From Fimbriimonadaceae bacterium (GTDB lineage: Bacteria > Armatimonadota > Fimbriimonadia > Fimbriimonadales > Fimbriimonadaceae): 33,138 nucleotides of DNA. Positions within the stretch are counted from its first letter, which is position 1; every line of letters begins with the position of its first letter. The notes under the pieces were generated by a model. That model had not been told where the DNA came from, searched no databases, and was given only the letters and a program-made list of their open reading frames with translations. The translations under genes and the position numbers were made by a program. Of this stretch, positions 1 to 10,400 are shown in pieces. The DNA lies in the NCBI GenBank assembly GCA_035576225.1, contig DATLWQ010000304.1:1-33138 (forward strand), given 5' to 3'.

Positions 1-57
1 GGGCGAACCGGTACATGGCTTCGCCGTGGTCCTCAAGCCACTTCTCCGGGTCGCACC

Positions 58-1245
58 TCACAACTGTGATTTTACGGTCCGCGCGGCCTTCTCAAATTCC
101 GCCTTGGTATTGAGCACGTCCGGCCCGAAACGGACGAATCCCAGCCGGGCATCGACGTTGACCCCGTTGCTCGAGAGCCTTTTCCACAAAGCGGCCGCGT
201 CAGGATGAGGAAAAAGGGTGAAACCTCCAAACCGAGTAGGGTCGCTAGGTCTGTACAGGGAAAGGCCGTAGGACTTGAACACATCGCGGATCGTCTCCTG
301 ACTTTGCAGACTCTGCTCGCGCAGGTTATCCACCCCGGTCTCGAGCACGAACTCCAGCCCCGCCATCGCCTGGTAGGGCGCCAGGACGATCGGCGTCGAC
401 TCCAGCCAACCGTCGCCCCGAGGCTTGAATTCCAAGCCGCCGCCCCGGTGGAACCCAAAGTGGTCGGCCTTCGCGAACCACCCGGTGTCAAGCGAGCGCA
501 GCCCCTTCTCGAAAGTCGCAGGGTGGATCGCCAGCCAGCAAGCGCCCGGCCCGCCTCGCAGGTACTTGTAGGAACCGCCGATCGCGAAGTCGTACCCTTC
601 CTGCTCCATGTTGAACGGGATCACTCCCGCCGCATGGAAGAGGTCTGCCAACACGAGCGCGCCGTGCTTGTGCGCTTTCGTCACGATCTCCTCGAATCCA
701 TCGAGGATCTGCGCAGTCGTATAGAACACGCGAGAGAAAACGACGAGGTCCGTATCGTCATCGATCGCATCGGCGATGTCGCGTGCGACATAGATTGGTA
801 CCGGCCCGTCGCAATCGCTCGGCTCGACGAATCGCACGTCGGCAACGCCGCGCATCGCGTACGTCCGCAGAATGAAGTCGATCGAGTCGAACTCGCCCGT
901 CGTCGTCACGACGTTGATCTTCTTCTTGCCGATCAACGCATTGAGCACGGCGCGCAGACCCTGGCCTGCGCTCACCTTCGGCACGATGCAGTCGTGCTTC
1001 GGTAGCCCGATCAACTTGGCAGTGTTTGCACGCCATTTGTCCGTCTCCGCGAGCCACCCGTCGTCGAGGTACCAGTTCCAGTCCATGCGCTCGTACCACA
1101 GGTCCATCGCACGCTTGACGTACTCCGCTGCACGGTCCGGCGGCCGCCCGAGCGAGTGGTTCGCGAGATACACCTCGTCGCGTGCGAGCACGCGCGAGAA
1201 CTGCGGCCGCACCTCCTTTTCAATATATGCTTCACTCAGCTTCAT
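58..1245 (-). CDS. kynU: kynureninase (PLP-dependent)
   Basis: ORF 58..1431 trimmed to the ATG at 1245 ([12 protein letters not shown]...). That ATG overlaps the kynA stop as ATGA (1242-1245). Kynureninase-like blocks are present: YLANHSLG near the N-terminus and the PLP-lysine block [16 protein letters not shown]. The 62 upstream codons of the long ORF are Arg/Gly-rich filler. Confidence 0.85.
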   Translation of the reverse strand: MKLSEAYIEKEVRPQFSRVLARDEVYLANHSLGRPPDRAAEYVKRAMDLWYERMDWNWYLDDGWLAETDKWRANTAKLIGLPKHDCIVPKVSAGQGLRAVLNALIGKKKINVVTTTGEFDSIDFILRTYAMRGVADVRFVEPSDCDGPVPIYVARDIADAIDDDTDLVVFSRVFYTTAQILDGFEEIVTKAHKHGALVLADLFHAAGVIPFNMEQEGYDFAIGGSYKYLRGGPGACWLAIHPATFEKGLRSLDTGWFAKADHFGFHRGGGLEFKPRGDGWLESTPIVLAPYQAMAGLEFVLETGVDNLREQSLQSQETIRDVFKSYGLSLYRPSDPTRFGGFTLFPHPDAAALWKRLSSNGVNVDARLGFVRFGPDVLNTKAEFEKAARTVKSQL

Positions 1246-2084
1246 CGTCCGATCTCCGTGCGCACGTCCCAGATCTCGGGAAAGAGCCGGACGTCGACCG
1301 CGCGCTTCAAGAACGAAACGCCCGACGATCCCCCTGTGCCTCGCTTGTAGCCGATCACGCGCTCGACCGTCTTCATGTGACGGAACCTCCAGAGCGCCAT
1401 CCCTTCGTCCACGTCGATCAGTTTCTCGCACATCTCGTAGGCGTCCCAGTGGTCGCTCGGGCTCTCATAGATCTGCAGGAACACCGCTGCCAAGTCCGGG
1501 TGCGGCTCATAAGGGAGCGACCAGTCGCGGTCCGTCGCCTGCGTCGGTACTGGCAGTCCTGTGCGTGCAAGGTGGATCAGGAACTCGTCGTAGAGGCTCG
1601 GCGACTCCAAGTCACGCAGAAGTTGCGCGTGAACCTCCGAGTCGTGCTCAAAGACTCGGATCGCATCGCGGTCCTTGTTTCCGAACAGGAACTCGATCGT
1701 CCGGTACTGGAACGACTGGAACCCGCTCGCGTTGCCGAGCACGTGCCGGAACTGCACGTACTCGCTCGGCGTCAACGTCTCCAGCACGCTCCATTGCTCG
1801 AAGAGCATCCGCTGCACCTGCTTGACGCGCGCCAGGATCTTGAAGCACGGGTCGAGCCTCCCGTCTTTGATCCACCTGATCGCCGCGCGCAGTTCGTGGA
1901 TCATCAGTAGCATCCAAAGTTCACTCGTCTGGTGCTGCACGATAAAGAGCGTCTCGTCGTGGTGCTCCGGCTCGCTCAGCGGCCGTTGCGCCGAAAGGAC
2001 CTTGTCCAACCGCAAGTACTTGCTGTAGTCCAGCCTGTCCTTGAAGTCGGTGTGGATACCCCGCTCGAACTCGCGCTGTGGCAT
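1242..2084 (-). CDS. kynA: tryptophan 2,3-dioxygenase
   Basis: 280-aa product with TDO-like blocks ([40 protein letters not shown]). It is translationally coupled to kynU. Confidence 0.9.
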   Translation of the reverse strand: MPQREFERGIHTDFKDRLDYSKYLRLDKVLSAQRPLSEPEHHDETLFIVQHQTSELWMLLMIHELRAAIRWIKDGRLDPCFKILARVKQVQRMLFEQWSVLETLTPSEYVQFRHVLGNASGFQSFQYRTIEFLFGNKDRDAIRVFEHDSEVHAQLLRDLESPSLYDEFLIHLARTGLPVPTQATDRDWSLPYEPHPDLAAVFLQIYESPSDHWDAYEMCEKLIDVDEGMALWRFRHMKTVERVIGYKRGTGGSSGVSFLKRAVDVRLFPEIWDVRTEIGR

Positions 2085-2091
2085 TGCGTGG

Positions 2092-2097
2092 ATGTTA
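2092..2097 (-). promoter_or_regulatory. -10-like hexamer TAACAT, 7 nt upstream of the kynA ATG (leaderless-type geometry)
   Basis: The minus strand reads GAG TAACAT CCACGCA ATG. There is no Shine-Dalgarno sequence between hexamer and start. Confidence 0.4.
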
Positions 2098-2174
2098 CTC
2101 GGCTAGGTTCCCGGCGCGTTGCAGAACATCTAGATTTGGAGCGCGAAGGGTGCCCTACACGCGATTGCCTTCTT

Positions 2175-3308
2175 CTATCTGTTCTTGCCCAACGACTGGC
2201 TCCATTCACCATACGACCAGTCCCACCGTGGATCGACCGCCGGGTACAGGTTCGCAACTCGACCTGTCTTCGCATCGAAGCCGACTATGCGCGCCATCGG
2301 GCGTGGTCCCGGCATACCGTTGTTCCTGGTGAATTGCACGTCGTTTGTTCTTATTTGTTGCGCGGTCGTGACCATGATTCCATTGGACTCGATGTAGGCG
2401 ACACCGTACGTATAGTCGGGAAGACCTGTGGGCTCCAAGCTTTGTCCGCTGGCGGAAAGGAGCCGCTCCGACTGACCGTTTTCTTCTATAACAAGAGTCT
2501 TTTCATCTGCAGATACTCTGACGCCCCATCCTGGAGCGACAGGCGTTTCACCGCTGGCTGACCAATGAAACACGACCGGTGTGCGGGAGTTGGAAGCGGT
2601 CAGTTGCGCGCCGCCTGGGAGACTCCTTGCCCGATTTCGGTTGTACGCCCTGACGAACCAAGCCTCTGCGCCCGTACTGCTCAACGCAGTGTCCGTGTCG
2701 AACGCGTCCTCAGCGATGGCCCTGACCTCTCCCGTGTCTAGATTCACAATCTGTAGTTCACCTGACGCCATGTAGGCTTGAGGGTCGTACAATTGCGTAT
2801 GCCCCTTGCCGACGTGTACGAGGACGACGTTAGCGTCGGCCGCGACGCTTATCGATTCACCAATGGCGTCCTGCCACAACGCGTCGCCCTTGCGCTCAAA
2901 TACAGTTTCTGCCTCGCCAGTGGCGAGGTCGAGCCGAATCAGCCTATGGCGCTTGGCCATCATGTTGTTCACGACGACCGCTGCAATCCCTTTGCGGTTA
3001 GGGCCGGCGAGCGCGAAGACAGTATCGTCACCCTTGAGCGGCAGCACCTCAGACGTGTCGCCTGTTTCGACGTCCACGACGTCCAAGTGGTTGATCTTAT
3101 CTACTAGCAGTGTGCCGTGCAAACCGAGATCTGCCGCCTTGACCGCTGTTTCGTGGGCGTCCTTTGCAATGACGTCCTCCGGGCGCGGCTTCAAGAAGTT
3201 CTGACAGGCAAACATGAGCGCACCACAGCCGAGCCCGCTGAACATGACAAAGCCAGCGATGGCGATCAATACCCAGAGGGCGGGGTGAATCCGCTTTGCC
3301 CTTTGCAT
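2175..3308 (-). CDS. hypothetical membrane-anchored protein, beta-rich (possibly TolB-like propeller) ectodomain
   Basis: 377-aa ORF starting at ATG 3308. It has an N-terminal hydrophobic helix (LWVLIAIAGFVMFSGLGCGALMF) followed by about 330 aa rich in D/G/T/V. I can name no diagnostic motif. The coding call rests on length, GC-type codon usage and tight packing between queE and kynA. Confidence 0.65.
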   Translation of the reverse strand: MQRAKRIHPALWVLIAIAGFVMFSGLGCGALMFACQNFLKPRPEDVIAKDAHETAVKAADLGLHGTLLVDKINHLDVVDVETGDTSEVLPLKGDDTVFALAGPNRKGIAAVVVNNMMAKRHRLIRLDLATGEAETVFERKGDALWQDAIGESISVAADANVVLVHVGKGHTQLYDPQAYMASGELQIVNLDTGEVRAIAEDAFDTDTALSSTGAEAWFVRAYNRNRARSLPGGAQLTASNSRTPVVFHWSASGETPVAPGWGVRVSADEKTLVIEENGQSERLLSASGQSLEPTGLPDYTYGVAYIESNGIMVTTAQQIRTNDVQFTRNNGMPGPRPMARIVGFDAKTGRVANLYPAVDPRWDWSYGEWSQSLGKNR

Positions 3309-3350
3309 CTTCTTGTAACTACGTAGTCGGGGGCACGGAGTTGCGCCTGG

Positions 3351-4046
3351 CTAGGTGCCGCGCACGTTTCCGAACATCTCGATGTGGAGCCGCGGGCCCA
3401 CGCCCCAGCCTCGGCCCTTTGCGACCCGCTCGATCTCGGGCAGGCGCCGCCGTATCGTCTCGACGTCCGTGCCCTCCGGCATCAGTAGGACGCGCGCCGG
3501 CTCGACCAGCGGGAGGTCGATGAGCAGATCGGCGATCTCGTCGGCGTCGCGTTCAGGGTCGTCGCCCACAACGAACTTCAGTTGGTACGGATAGGAGTGC
3601 ACGAGCCGAGAAAGCACGACCGCGTTGTGCCGCAGATAGTTGTGGCGGTCCGCCCAGATGCTGTTCGCAGGGACCGAGTTTGCAAGTTTCGGGCTGACCG
3701 ACATCAGGTCGCAGGGAAGCGACTGCCAGACAGTCCCGGCAGTCTCCACGGTGATCGTAAACCCCTCCTTCTTAAGCAGTGAAGCAAGCGGCACGATCGC
3801 ACCGAACATCATCGGCTCTCCTCCGGTCAGCACGACGTGCTCCGCTTCCTCTCGCACCTCGCGCGCCCTCTCCACGATCTCCTCCAACGGCAGGACCGGT
3901 CCCTCGGGCGACCACGAAGCGTACGGCGTATCACACCACGCGCACCGCAGGTTGCAGCCGCTCACGCGCACGAACACCGAGGGCGTTCCTGCCCACAGCC
4001 CCTCGCCCTGCACGCTTTTGAAGATCTCCGCTATTCGAAGGTTCAT
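3351..4046 (-). CDS. queE: 7-carboxy-7-deazaguanine synthase (radical SAM)
   Basis: ORF 3351..4121 trimmed to ATG 4046 ([16 protein letters not shown]...), which overlaps the queC stop as ATGA (4043-4046). It carries the radical-SAM cluster [12 protein letters not shown] (CX3CX2C) and a typical QueE N-terminus. Confidence 0.9.
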   Translation of the reverse strand: MNLRIAEIFKSVQGEGLWAGTPSVFVRVSGCNLRCAWCDTPYASWSPEGPVLPLEEIVERAREVREEAEHVVLTGGEPMMFGAIVPLASLLKKEGFTITVETAGTVWQSLPCDLMSVSPKLANSVPANSIWADRHNYLRHNAVVLSRLVHSYPYQLKFVVGDDPERDADEIADLLIDLPLVEPARVLLMPEGTDVETIRRRLPEIERVAKGRGWGVGPRLHIEMFGNVRGT

Positions 4047-4717
4047 CGCACCAACGGGTCTACGATACCGAGTTCTGTGAAGCCCTTTGACCGCAACCTG
4101 CACGAGTCGCACTCGCCGCACGGCCGACCGTCCGGCGAAGGGTCATAGCAGGAGGACGTCAGCGAGTAATCGACACCCAGCGACAGGCCGAGCGAAATGA
4201 TTTCCGCCTTGGTCTTGTCGATCAGCGGCGTCTCGATCTTTGGGCCCCTCCCCTCGATCCCCGCCTTGGTTGCCAGGTCGGCCATCTTCTGGTAGGTCTC
4301 GATGAACTCCAATCGGCAGTCCGGATAGCCAGAGTAGTCCTGCGCGTTGACTCCTATATAGATAGAGGAAGCGCCCAGCACCTCCGCCCAAGCCAGCGCA
4401 TAGGAGAGGAAAACCGTGTTCCGAGCCGGCACGTAGGTCGGAGGGATCCCTTCTCCAACCCCGACCTTCGGCACCTCGATTTCGTCGGTCAGGGCAGATC
4501 CGCCGAACGCACGCAGGTCGATCGTGACCGTTCTGAACTCCTCAGCGCCCAACGAATCTGCGACGCGCTTCGCGCACTCGTGTTCGTAAGCGTGCCGCTG
4601 GCCGTAAAGAAACCCCATGCAGTAGCACGCCAGCCCACGGCTCTTCGCCACCGCGAGACAAGTTGCGGAGTCGAGTCCTCCAGAGAGCAGTACGACGGCC
4701 TTCGACGCAGACACCAC
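4043..4717 (-). CDS. queC: 7-cyano-7-deazaguanine (preQ0) synthase
   Basis: PP-loop motif [10 protein letters not shown] at the N-terminus and a C-terminal Zn Cys cluster (SSCYD...[12 protein letters not shown]). The start is GTG at 4717 (or GTG at 4714), immediately after an in-frame TAG. Confidence 0.92.
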   Translation of the reverse strand: MVSASKAVVLLSGGLDSATCLAVAKSRGLACYCMGFLYGQRHAYEHECAKRVADSLGAEEFRTVTIDLRAFGGSALTDEIEVPKVGVGEGIPPTYVPARNTVFLSYALAWAEVLGASSIYIGVNAQDYSGYPDCRLEFIETYQKMADLATKAGIEGRGPKIETPLIDKTKAEIISLGLSLGVDYSLTSSCYDPSPDGRPCGECDSCRLRSKGFTELGIVDPLVR

Positions 4718-4726
4718 CTAATTAAA

Positions 4727-4808
4727 GTCCAAATCGCCACCGGAACCTGGGCAAGGGGAGAGCAAATCCCAGGACGATGGCGATTTCGACTTGAAGGCTC
4801 GCGCCTTC
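4727..4808 (-). promoter_or_regulatory. two adjacent predicted hairpins upstream of queC (candidate structured leader/attenuator, or a DNA-level inverted repeat)
   Basis: Read on the minus strand. The first hairpin is GAAGGC-GCGA-GCCTTC (4808-4793), a 6-bp stem with a GNRA loop. The second is a composite hairpin: GTCGAAATCGCCA ... TGGCGATTTGGAC (4790-4727; 13-bp outer stem with 1 mismatch) enclosing CCTGGG/CCCAGG (6 bp) and a 16-nt loop. It is followed directly by TTTAATT and the GTG start. Confidence 0.35.
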
Positions 4809-4819
4809 GTATCTATATA
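4791..4819 (+). promoter_or_regulatory. sigma70-like promoter candidate TTGAAG-17 nt-TATATA facing the efflux operon
   Basis: TTGAAG at 4791-4796, a 17-nt spacer, and TATATA at 4814-4819 form an isolated AT-rich patch in GC-rich DNA. The same TATATATA tract preceded by TGG could equally serve as an extended -10 on the minus strand for queC, so the strand is ambiguous. Confidence 0.35.
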
Positions 4820-4894
4820 TACCACCGAATATGGGCCATCGTTCCCAAGGGCCCGCATTTTGTCCACACTCAAACCCGTTCGGTCTGAGATCAG

Positions 4895-4944
4895 TACTGG
4901 AACAATACTGGCAATTCTTGCGACCTAGGAACCGTCCGACGGTT
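4895..4944. promoter_or_regulatory. operator-like motifs upstream of the efflux operon: direct repeat TACTGG-N5-TACTGG and palindrome AACCGTC-C-GACGGTT
   Basis: TACTGG occurs at 4895-4900 and 4906-4911, giving an 11-bp period. A perfect 15-bp palindrome lies at 4930-4944, 21 nt upstream of ATG 4965. Confidence 0.3.
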
Positions 4945-4964
4945 GGGTACAGTAATGATGCGCA

Positions 4965-5375
4965 ATGGCCCGAAGCGTCAAGAGCCTGTTCGCGATGCTC
5001 GGTGCGTTCGCACTCCTTGTGCAGGCACCGTTGGCATCGACCTGCGTACAGGCCTGCGCAAACTTCCATTCGGCTGCAGCCCAGCACTCTTGCTGTGGCG
5101 ACCACGCCAAGAAGAAGCCCGACACGGCTAAGTCGCAGCAATGCGGCAAAGTCTGTATGGCCGCCTGCGGGTGCCCTGGGCACGACGGCAGCAATGCCTC
5201 CGCTTCTGCACTGATCCACGTTTTCAGCCCGGTTGCCGTCCTTCCGGCAGAGTTGAACTTCAATGTGCCGGGCCCAATGGCCGAGTCCGAGATCTTCCTC
5301 GCAGACTCCAGCCCTCCACCGATCAGGGAAGTCTCCCCCTATAGCCTGCGGGCTCCCCCCGTCCTCGGCGCCTGA
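4965..5375 (+). CDS. small secreted Cys/His-rich protein (putative periplasmic metal-binding protein)
   Basis: 136 aa with a signal-peptide-like N-terminus (MARSVKSLFAMLGAFALLVQAPLA). This is followed by a 55-aa stretch with 8 Cys and 4 His (CVQACANFHSAAAQHSCCGDH...CGKVCMAACGCPGH). It is the first gene, on the same strand, ahead of an adaptor that carries metal-binding modules. I recognise no named family. Confidence 0.55.
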   Translation: MARSVKSLFAMLGAFALLVQAPLASTCVQACANFHSAAAQHSCCGDHAKKKPDTAKSQQCGKVCMAACGCPGHDGSNASASALIHVFSPVAVLPAELNFNVPGPMAESEIFLADSSPPPIREVSPYSLRAPPVLGA

Positions 5376-5482
5376 GCGCGCTGGGGCGACTTTGCGCCTT
5401 TCTCCAGTCGCGCCTCCACGGCGTCCTTCCGTGTTAGTCGTCCGCCGTCGCGCTGCGGCCACGTGTCCCAACTGGAAGAAAG

Positions 5483-7420
5483 ATGGACAGAACATTCAGG
5501 TTCTTCAGGAAGCAGGGCTTGACCCTCTCCGTTCTCGTCATAGCAGTGTTCGTCGTGCACTGGTTCGTCACAAACCGGCGCGCGCCTGGCTCGATGACCG
5601 TCGTCGAAGCCCAGGCGATGGACATGACGCAGATGAAGGCGCCTACCGGTACGTTCCCGGTCGGAGCAGATACCGCACAGGTGCGAATGGTCGGCGGTAC
5701 CGAGACCTTTCCCGCCACCGTCGTCGCCTATAGCGACGAAGACGTCGTGGCGCGCGTACCCGGGCTTGTCAAAGACGTGCTCGTCTACCCAGGCGACCGC
5801 GTTGCGGCGGGCCAACTCCTCGCCACGCTCGAGGCAGACGACATAACCGCCCAAGCGCTCGCACAGACCCTCTCTGCGCAGGCCATGGAGAGCAGCGCCA
5901 GCGGTGCGCAGCAGACCCTCGCGCAAAAACAGGCCTCTCTCGAACGCGCCAAACTCGGGCTCAAGGCCGCCGACGCCAACGTCAGCGCCTCCCAAGCCGA
6001 ACTCGACGCCGCGGTCAACCACGTTGGTCACTACAAAGGCGAGTCGGCGGCGGCCGAGGCGCAGCAAAAGCAGGCACAGGCGGACCTCGCCTACGCCAAG
6101 TTGGACTACAAGCGCGAGCAGCAACTCTTCGCTGCAGGTGCGATCTCCCGCGACGAACTCGACAAGGCCCAGCGTGCGATCGACGTCGCCCAAGCGAAGG
6201 TCGACGAGGCCGACGCCGTGCGTGAGCAGGTCGAGCACCAACTTGGTGCGCGTCAGGCCGAACAGAGGGCCGCAGAAAGCCGGCTCGAAGGCGCAAAGGC
6301 CGGCCGCGACGCGGCCGTCTCGGCAGTCAGCGAAGCGCAGGCTGCGGTCAAACAGGCACAGGACAATGCGACGGCGTCGTCAAGCCAGGCACTCTCGGCA
6401 AAGGCGCACGCGAGTTCAGCAAACGCGCTGAGTTCCTACACGCATCTGCGCGCAACGGACGCCGGAGTCGTCACCGACAGGCTCGTCAGTCCAGGAACGG
6501 CAGTAACGCCAGGAACCAAGGTCCTCAAGATCAAGGTAGACCGCGAACTGCGCGTGCAGGCCGACCTGCCACAAAGGCTCAACGGCAGCGTGACCGAAGG
6601 CTCGGCCGTCCGGCTGAGCATCGACGGCAAGTCGTACGACGCAAAGATCACCAGCGTCTTCGCGTTCGTGGAAGGCAACACGCGGTCCTTCCGAGTCGAG
6701 GCGCTCATCCAGAACCCTGGCCACGCGATCCAGTCAGGTTCCTACGCCGAGATGGAGGTCGCGACCTCACAGCCGACCGAGGCGCTCAGCGTCGACCGCG
6801 ACGCTGTCAAGACGGCCAGCGACGGTAGCCAGTACGTATGGCTCGTCAGCGTCAAGCCCGGCGCGGCCTCTGAGAAGGTGTACTACACCTGCACAATGCA
6901 CACGCAGGTGCACGAGGACCATCCCGGCGACTGCCCGATCTGCGGCATGAAACTCGTCCCCATGGACGCGACCGGCAAGTTCATCGTCAAGAGACAGCCG
7001 GTCAAAGTCGGTCCGAGCGACTCCCGATACACGATCGTGCTGCAAGGGCTCAAGGCGGGAGACCAGGTGACGTATGCGGGCGACGGGGAGATCTTCCCGG
7101 GTGCCGCAGTAGCAGTCGTTGAATGGGGGCCGGACGGTCCAAAGACGCTTCCATCCGGCGGCGGCAAGAGTTCGATGCCTGGAATGGACATGCCTTCAAA
7201 CGGGGACCAGAAGGTGGACAAGCCGTCGGACGACGGCCGCCAGCATGCGCCGGACATGAAACAAGGCAGCGCGGCACCGCCTCCCAGCGGTACGGCGGGA
7301 GTCACGATGACGAACGTCGCCTACACGTGCAAAATGCACCCGCAGGTCCGGACCGATAAGCCCGGACGGTGTCCCGAGTGCAACATGACGCTCGTGCCGA
7401 TCGAACTAAAGGGGAGTTAG
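5483..7420 (+). CDS. RND efflux periplasmic adaptor (membrane fusion protein) with two CxxC heavy-metal-binding modules
   Basis: N-terminal TM anchor, a long Ala/Gln-rich coiled-coil hairpin, and beta-barrel blocks (RATDAGVVTDRLVSPGTAV). There are two copies of the Y-T-C-x-M-H-x-Q-V-x4-P-G-x-C-P-x-C-x-M-x-L-V-P module, at 6881-6964 (YYTCTMHTQVHEDHPGDCPICGMKLVP) and 7319-7399 (YTCKMHPQVRTDKPGRCPECNMTLVP). Confidence 0.9.
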   Translation: MDRTFRFFRKQGLTLSVLVIAVFVVHWFVTNRRAPGSMTVVEAQAMDMTQMKAPTGTFPVGADTAQVRMVGGTETFPATVVAYSDEDVVARVPGLVKDVLVYPGDRVAAGQLLATLEADDITAQALAQTLSAQAMESSASGAQQTLAQKQASLERAKLGLKAADANVSASQAELDAAVNHVGHYKGESAAAEAQQKQAQADLAYAKLDYKREQQLFAAGAISRDELDKAQRAIDVAQAKVDEADAVREQVEHQLGARQAEQRAAESRLEGAKAGRDAAVSAVSEAQAAVKQAQDNATASSSQALSAKAHASSANALSSYTHLRATDAGVVTDRLVSPGTAVTPGTKVLKIKVDRELRVQADLPQRLNGSVTEGSAVRLSIDGKSYDAKITSVFAFVEGNTRSFRVEALIQNPGHAIQSGSYAEMEVATSQPTEALSVDRDAVKTASDGSQYVWLVSVKPGAASEKVYYTCTMHTQVHEDHPGDCPICGMKLVPMDATGKFIVKRQPVKVGPSDSRYTIVLQGLKAGDQVTYAGDGEIFPGAAVAVVEWGPDGPKTLPSGGGKSSMPGMDMPSNGDQKVDKPSDDGRQHAPDMKQGSAAPPPSGTAGVTMTNVAYTCKMHPQVRTDKPGRCPECNMTLVPIELKGS

Positions 7421-7423
7421 GCC

Positions 7424-10400
7424 GTGGCCAATAGAAACGGCTTCAACATGGTGCGATGGTCGGTCGAACACCCTTATGGTGTGCTGGCCGGCTTCATCGC
7501 AACACTGTTTCTTGGATATCTGGCGGTCACCCACTGGATGCCAAGGAGGTTCATGCCCTACGTCGAGACACCGATCATCGGCATCGTCTCGCAGATGCCC
7601 GGCCTATCCGCCGAAGAAATGGAGACGTACTTCAGTTCGCCCATCGAACAGAAGATGGTCTCGATCCAGAACGTGCGCTACATCCGCTCAACCAGCCAGG
7701 ACGGTTTCAGCATCGTAGCCCTCGAGTTCCCCTATGGGACCGACATGCAACGCGCCTACACCGAGGTCCAGGCGCTCATGGACGTTGTCCAGAGCGAACT
7801 TCCAAAGGCGGACGCAAACCGTGTCCCGAGTTTTATCGTCAAAGTGGACCCGCTCAACCTCCCCGTCCTGACGTTCAGCCTGACGGGCGACAAGGACAAG
7901 GGGTGGACCATGGCAGCCCTGCGCGACCTCGCTGACAACAAACTCACGAACAGATTCAAGACAGCGCACGGAAACGTCTACTCTGTCTCGACCTTCGGAG
8001 GGTACAGGCGCCAGCTCCAGATCCGCGTCAACCGGGACAAGATCAAAGAGTACGGCCTCTCGATCCTCGACGTGAAGAACGCGATCGACCGCTACAACGT
8101 TGCGCGCCCCGCAGGACTCATCACACAGGACGACGCAGAGCCGATCCTGCGCGTCGATACGCTCGCGAAGAGCGCGGAGCAGGTCAAGCACTACCCGGTC
8201 AGGGCGCAGGGCGACCGAGTAGTCCACGTCGGAGACGTCGCGCAGGTCCTTGACACTTTCGTCGAGGAGCGGTCCGCGTACCACCACATGTCCGGCGACC
8301 ACGTCCAAGATGCGATCGCCGTCAACATTCTTCAAAACCCAGACGCGTCCTCGCCGGTCACGATCGAGAACGCGATGAAGGTCGCCAAACAACTCGAAAA
8401 GGAGTACCCAGGAATCCACCTCGACGTCGCCTACAACAATGCGAGTTTCGTCGACATCCTGTTCGACAATATGATCGAGGAACTGATCGTCGCGATCGTC
8501 CTCACAGGGATCGCTGTACTGTTCTTCCTCGGAGAAGTCCGCGGCACTCTCATCGCGCTCACCGCGATTCCGGTCTCCATGGCCATGACGCTGCTTGCGA
8601 TGTCGCCTCTCGGCTTTAGTCTCAACTCCAGCACCCTGGTCGGTCTTCTGATCGCCATTGGACGCTTGGTCGACGACGCCATCATCGACATACACGCGGT
8701 CGAGCGACACATGCGCATGGGCAAGGACAGGCGTACGGCGACCATCGATGGCATCAGCGAGGTGAGACGTTCGGTGCTCGCGGGCACGATCGTACTCATC
8801 GTCGCGCTCATCCCTCTGCTTGTTTCCGGCGGTCTCACGCAACTGATGTTCGAAGGGCTGGCTTGGCCGATTATCTTCGGCGTCGCGTTCAGTTACATGG
8901 TCTCGATGACCCTCACCGCCGTCATGTGCTCGCGATTCATGCAGACGACCAGCGAGCGCAAGCGCACCTGGTTCAGCAGGCTGTTCTTGGAGCGCTTTGA
9001 CGGTTGGCTGGGCCGCCTGGAGGCGGGCTATAGCAGACTGATCCGCTATCTGCTCGACCACAGGTTCTCCACTTTGGCGCGCGCTGTGATCACGGTCGTC
9101 ATCGGCTTCGGCTTCTACTACTTCATCGGCTCAGAAATGATGCCGCTGGCCGACGTCGGCCAGGCGAGCATGCAACTGGAGATGCAGCCGGGCACCAGTT
9201 TCTCAGCCACCAAGCGAGCGACCCGCCAACTCGAACAGATCATGGTCGAAGAGGGTGGTAGGCAGGGCTGGATCAAACAGGCGAGCATCGAACTCGGCGC
9301 CGAGCGCGGGCCAGGCATGCCACAGCAGGTCACTTATACAGGCTACGGCATGCGCCAGGTCAATGGGGCGAGCGCGATGATCACGCTCGCCGACAAGGAC
9401 ACGGGCCGCCCTGACGTGTTCACGATCCTGGATCGCATCCATGACCGCGCGATGAAGGAGATCCCCGGTATCCGTCGCATCCAACTCAAGGAGATGGGCG
9501 CGGACGTCATGGCGACCGCCTACGCTCCCGTGGCGCTCATTGTCTATGGCGACGACCTGCAGGTGCTGAACAAACTCGGCCAGGGTGTCCTCAAGATGGC
9601 CAAGGACGACGTCAAAGACCCGCGCACAGGCAAGCACGACATCTACCAGCCGTTCCTGAGTTGGGAAATGACCAAGCCGACTTACACCCTGGTCGTCGAC
9701 GAGGACAAGGCCGCAGCACACGGACTGTCTCCCGCATCGATCGCGCAGCAGGCCTACTACGGTCTTCGTGGCGGCCTGACCGACGAGTACTACCGGCTTC
9801 CGAACAAGAGGCCGGTCTCGATCCAGGTTCGGTACGACGAGAGGGCATACGACAACCTGAAGGACCTCGACACGATGTTCCTCACCGGCTCGTCGGGCGA
9901 GCAGGTGCCGCTGACAGAACTCGTGAGCCTGAAGAAGCGCTCCGCTCCGAGCCTCATCGAGCACGACCAGTTGCGGCGCGTCGTCAGTTTCGGCGGCTAC
10001 TACCGCAAGGACGGGCGACCGAGCATGGACGTCACGATGGATCTGCAGATGCGCGCGCAGGCAGGACTCAACTGGCCCGTCGGCTACGGCATCGAAGCGC
10101 GCGGCGACATGACGCAGATGATGGACTCGTTCCGCGTAATGCTCTACGGCCTTGCCATAGCGCTTGTGATGATGTATCTGATTCTTGTCGCGCAGTTCCG
10201 CGGGTTCCTACAGCCACTGCAGATGATGTTCAGCCTTCCGCTCGAACTCTCTGGCGTGTTCTTCATGCTCTGGCTCATGCACCAATCGTTCAGTACGGTC
10301 TCCATCATGGGCGTCATCGTGCTCAGCGGAATGGACATCGTCACCGCAATCCTGATGATCGACCTGATCATGGACTACAGGAGATCGGGCATGCCACGCA

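Noticed and set aside
1-57. Possible start of a further minus-strand gene downstream of kynU (ATG at 16-14, reading MYRFA...), tempting to call kynurenine formamidase.
   Set aside because: Only five codons lie inside the window, so neither the coding status nor the product can be supported.
1246-1431. N-terminal extensions offered by the ORF track for kynU (to 1431), queE (to 4121), Rieske (to 18912), ccmF-like (from 22567), C-N hydrolase (from 31208), TlpA-like (from 32070) and the decarboxylase (to 27750).
   Set aside because: The extensions are Arg/Gly/Pro-rich or start at non-ATG codons and overlap the preceding gene. The internal starts give family-typical N-termini. They also coincide with ATGA/GTGA coupling junctions, SD sequences or -10-like hexamers.
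4727-4790. Canonical class I preQ1 riboswitch upstream of queC.
   Set aside because: Only a generic CCUGGG/CCCAGG stem resembles the Thermoanaerobacter-type aptamer. The loop is 16 nt rather than about 10. The 3' tail is U/G-rich (UUCCGGUGGCGAUUU), not the conserved A-rich ...AAAAAACUA tail. The region is kept as an unclassified structured element instead.
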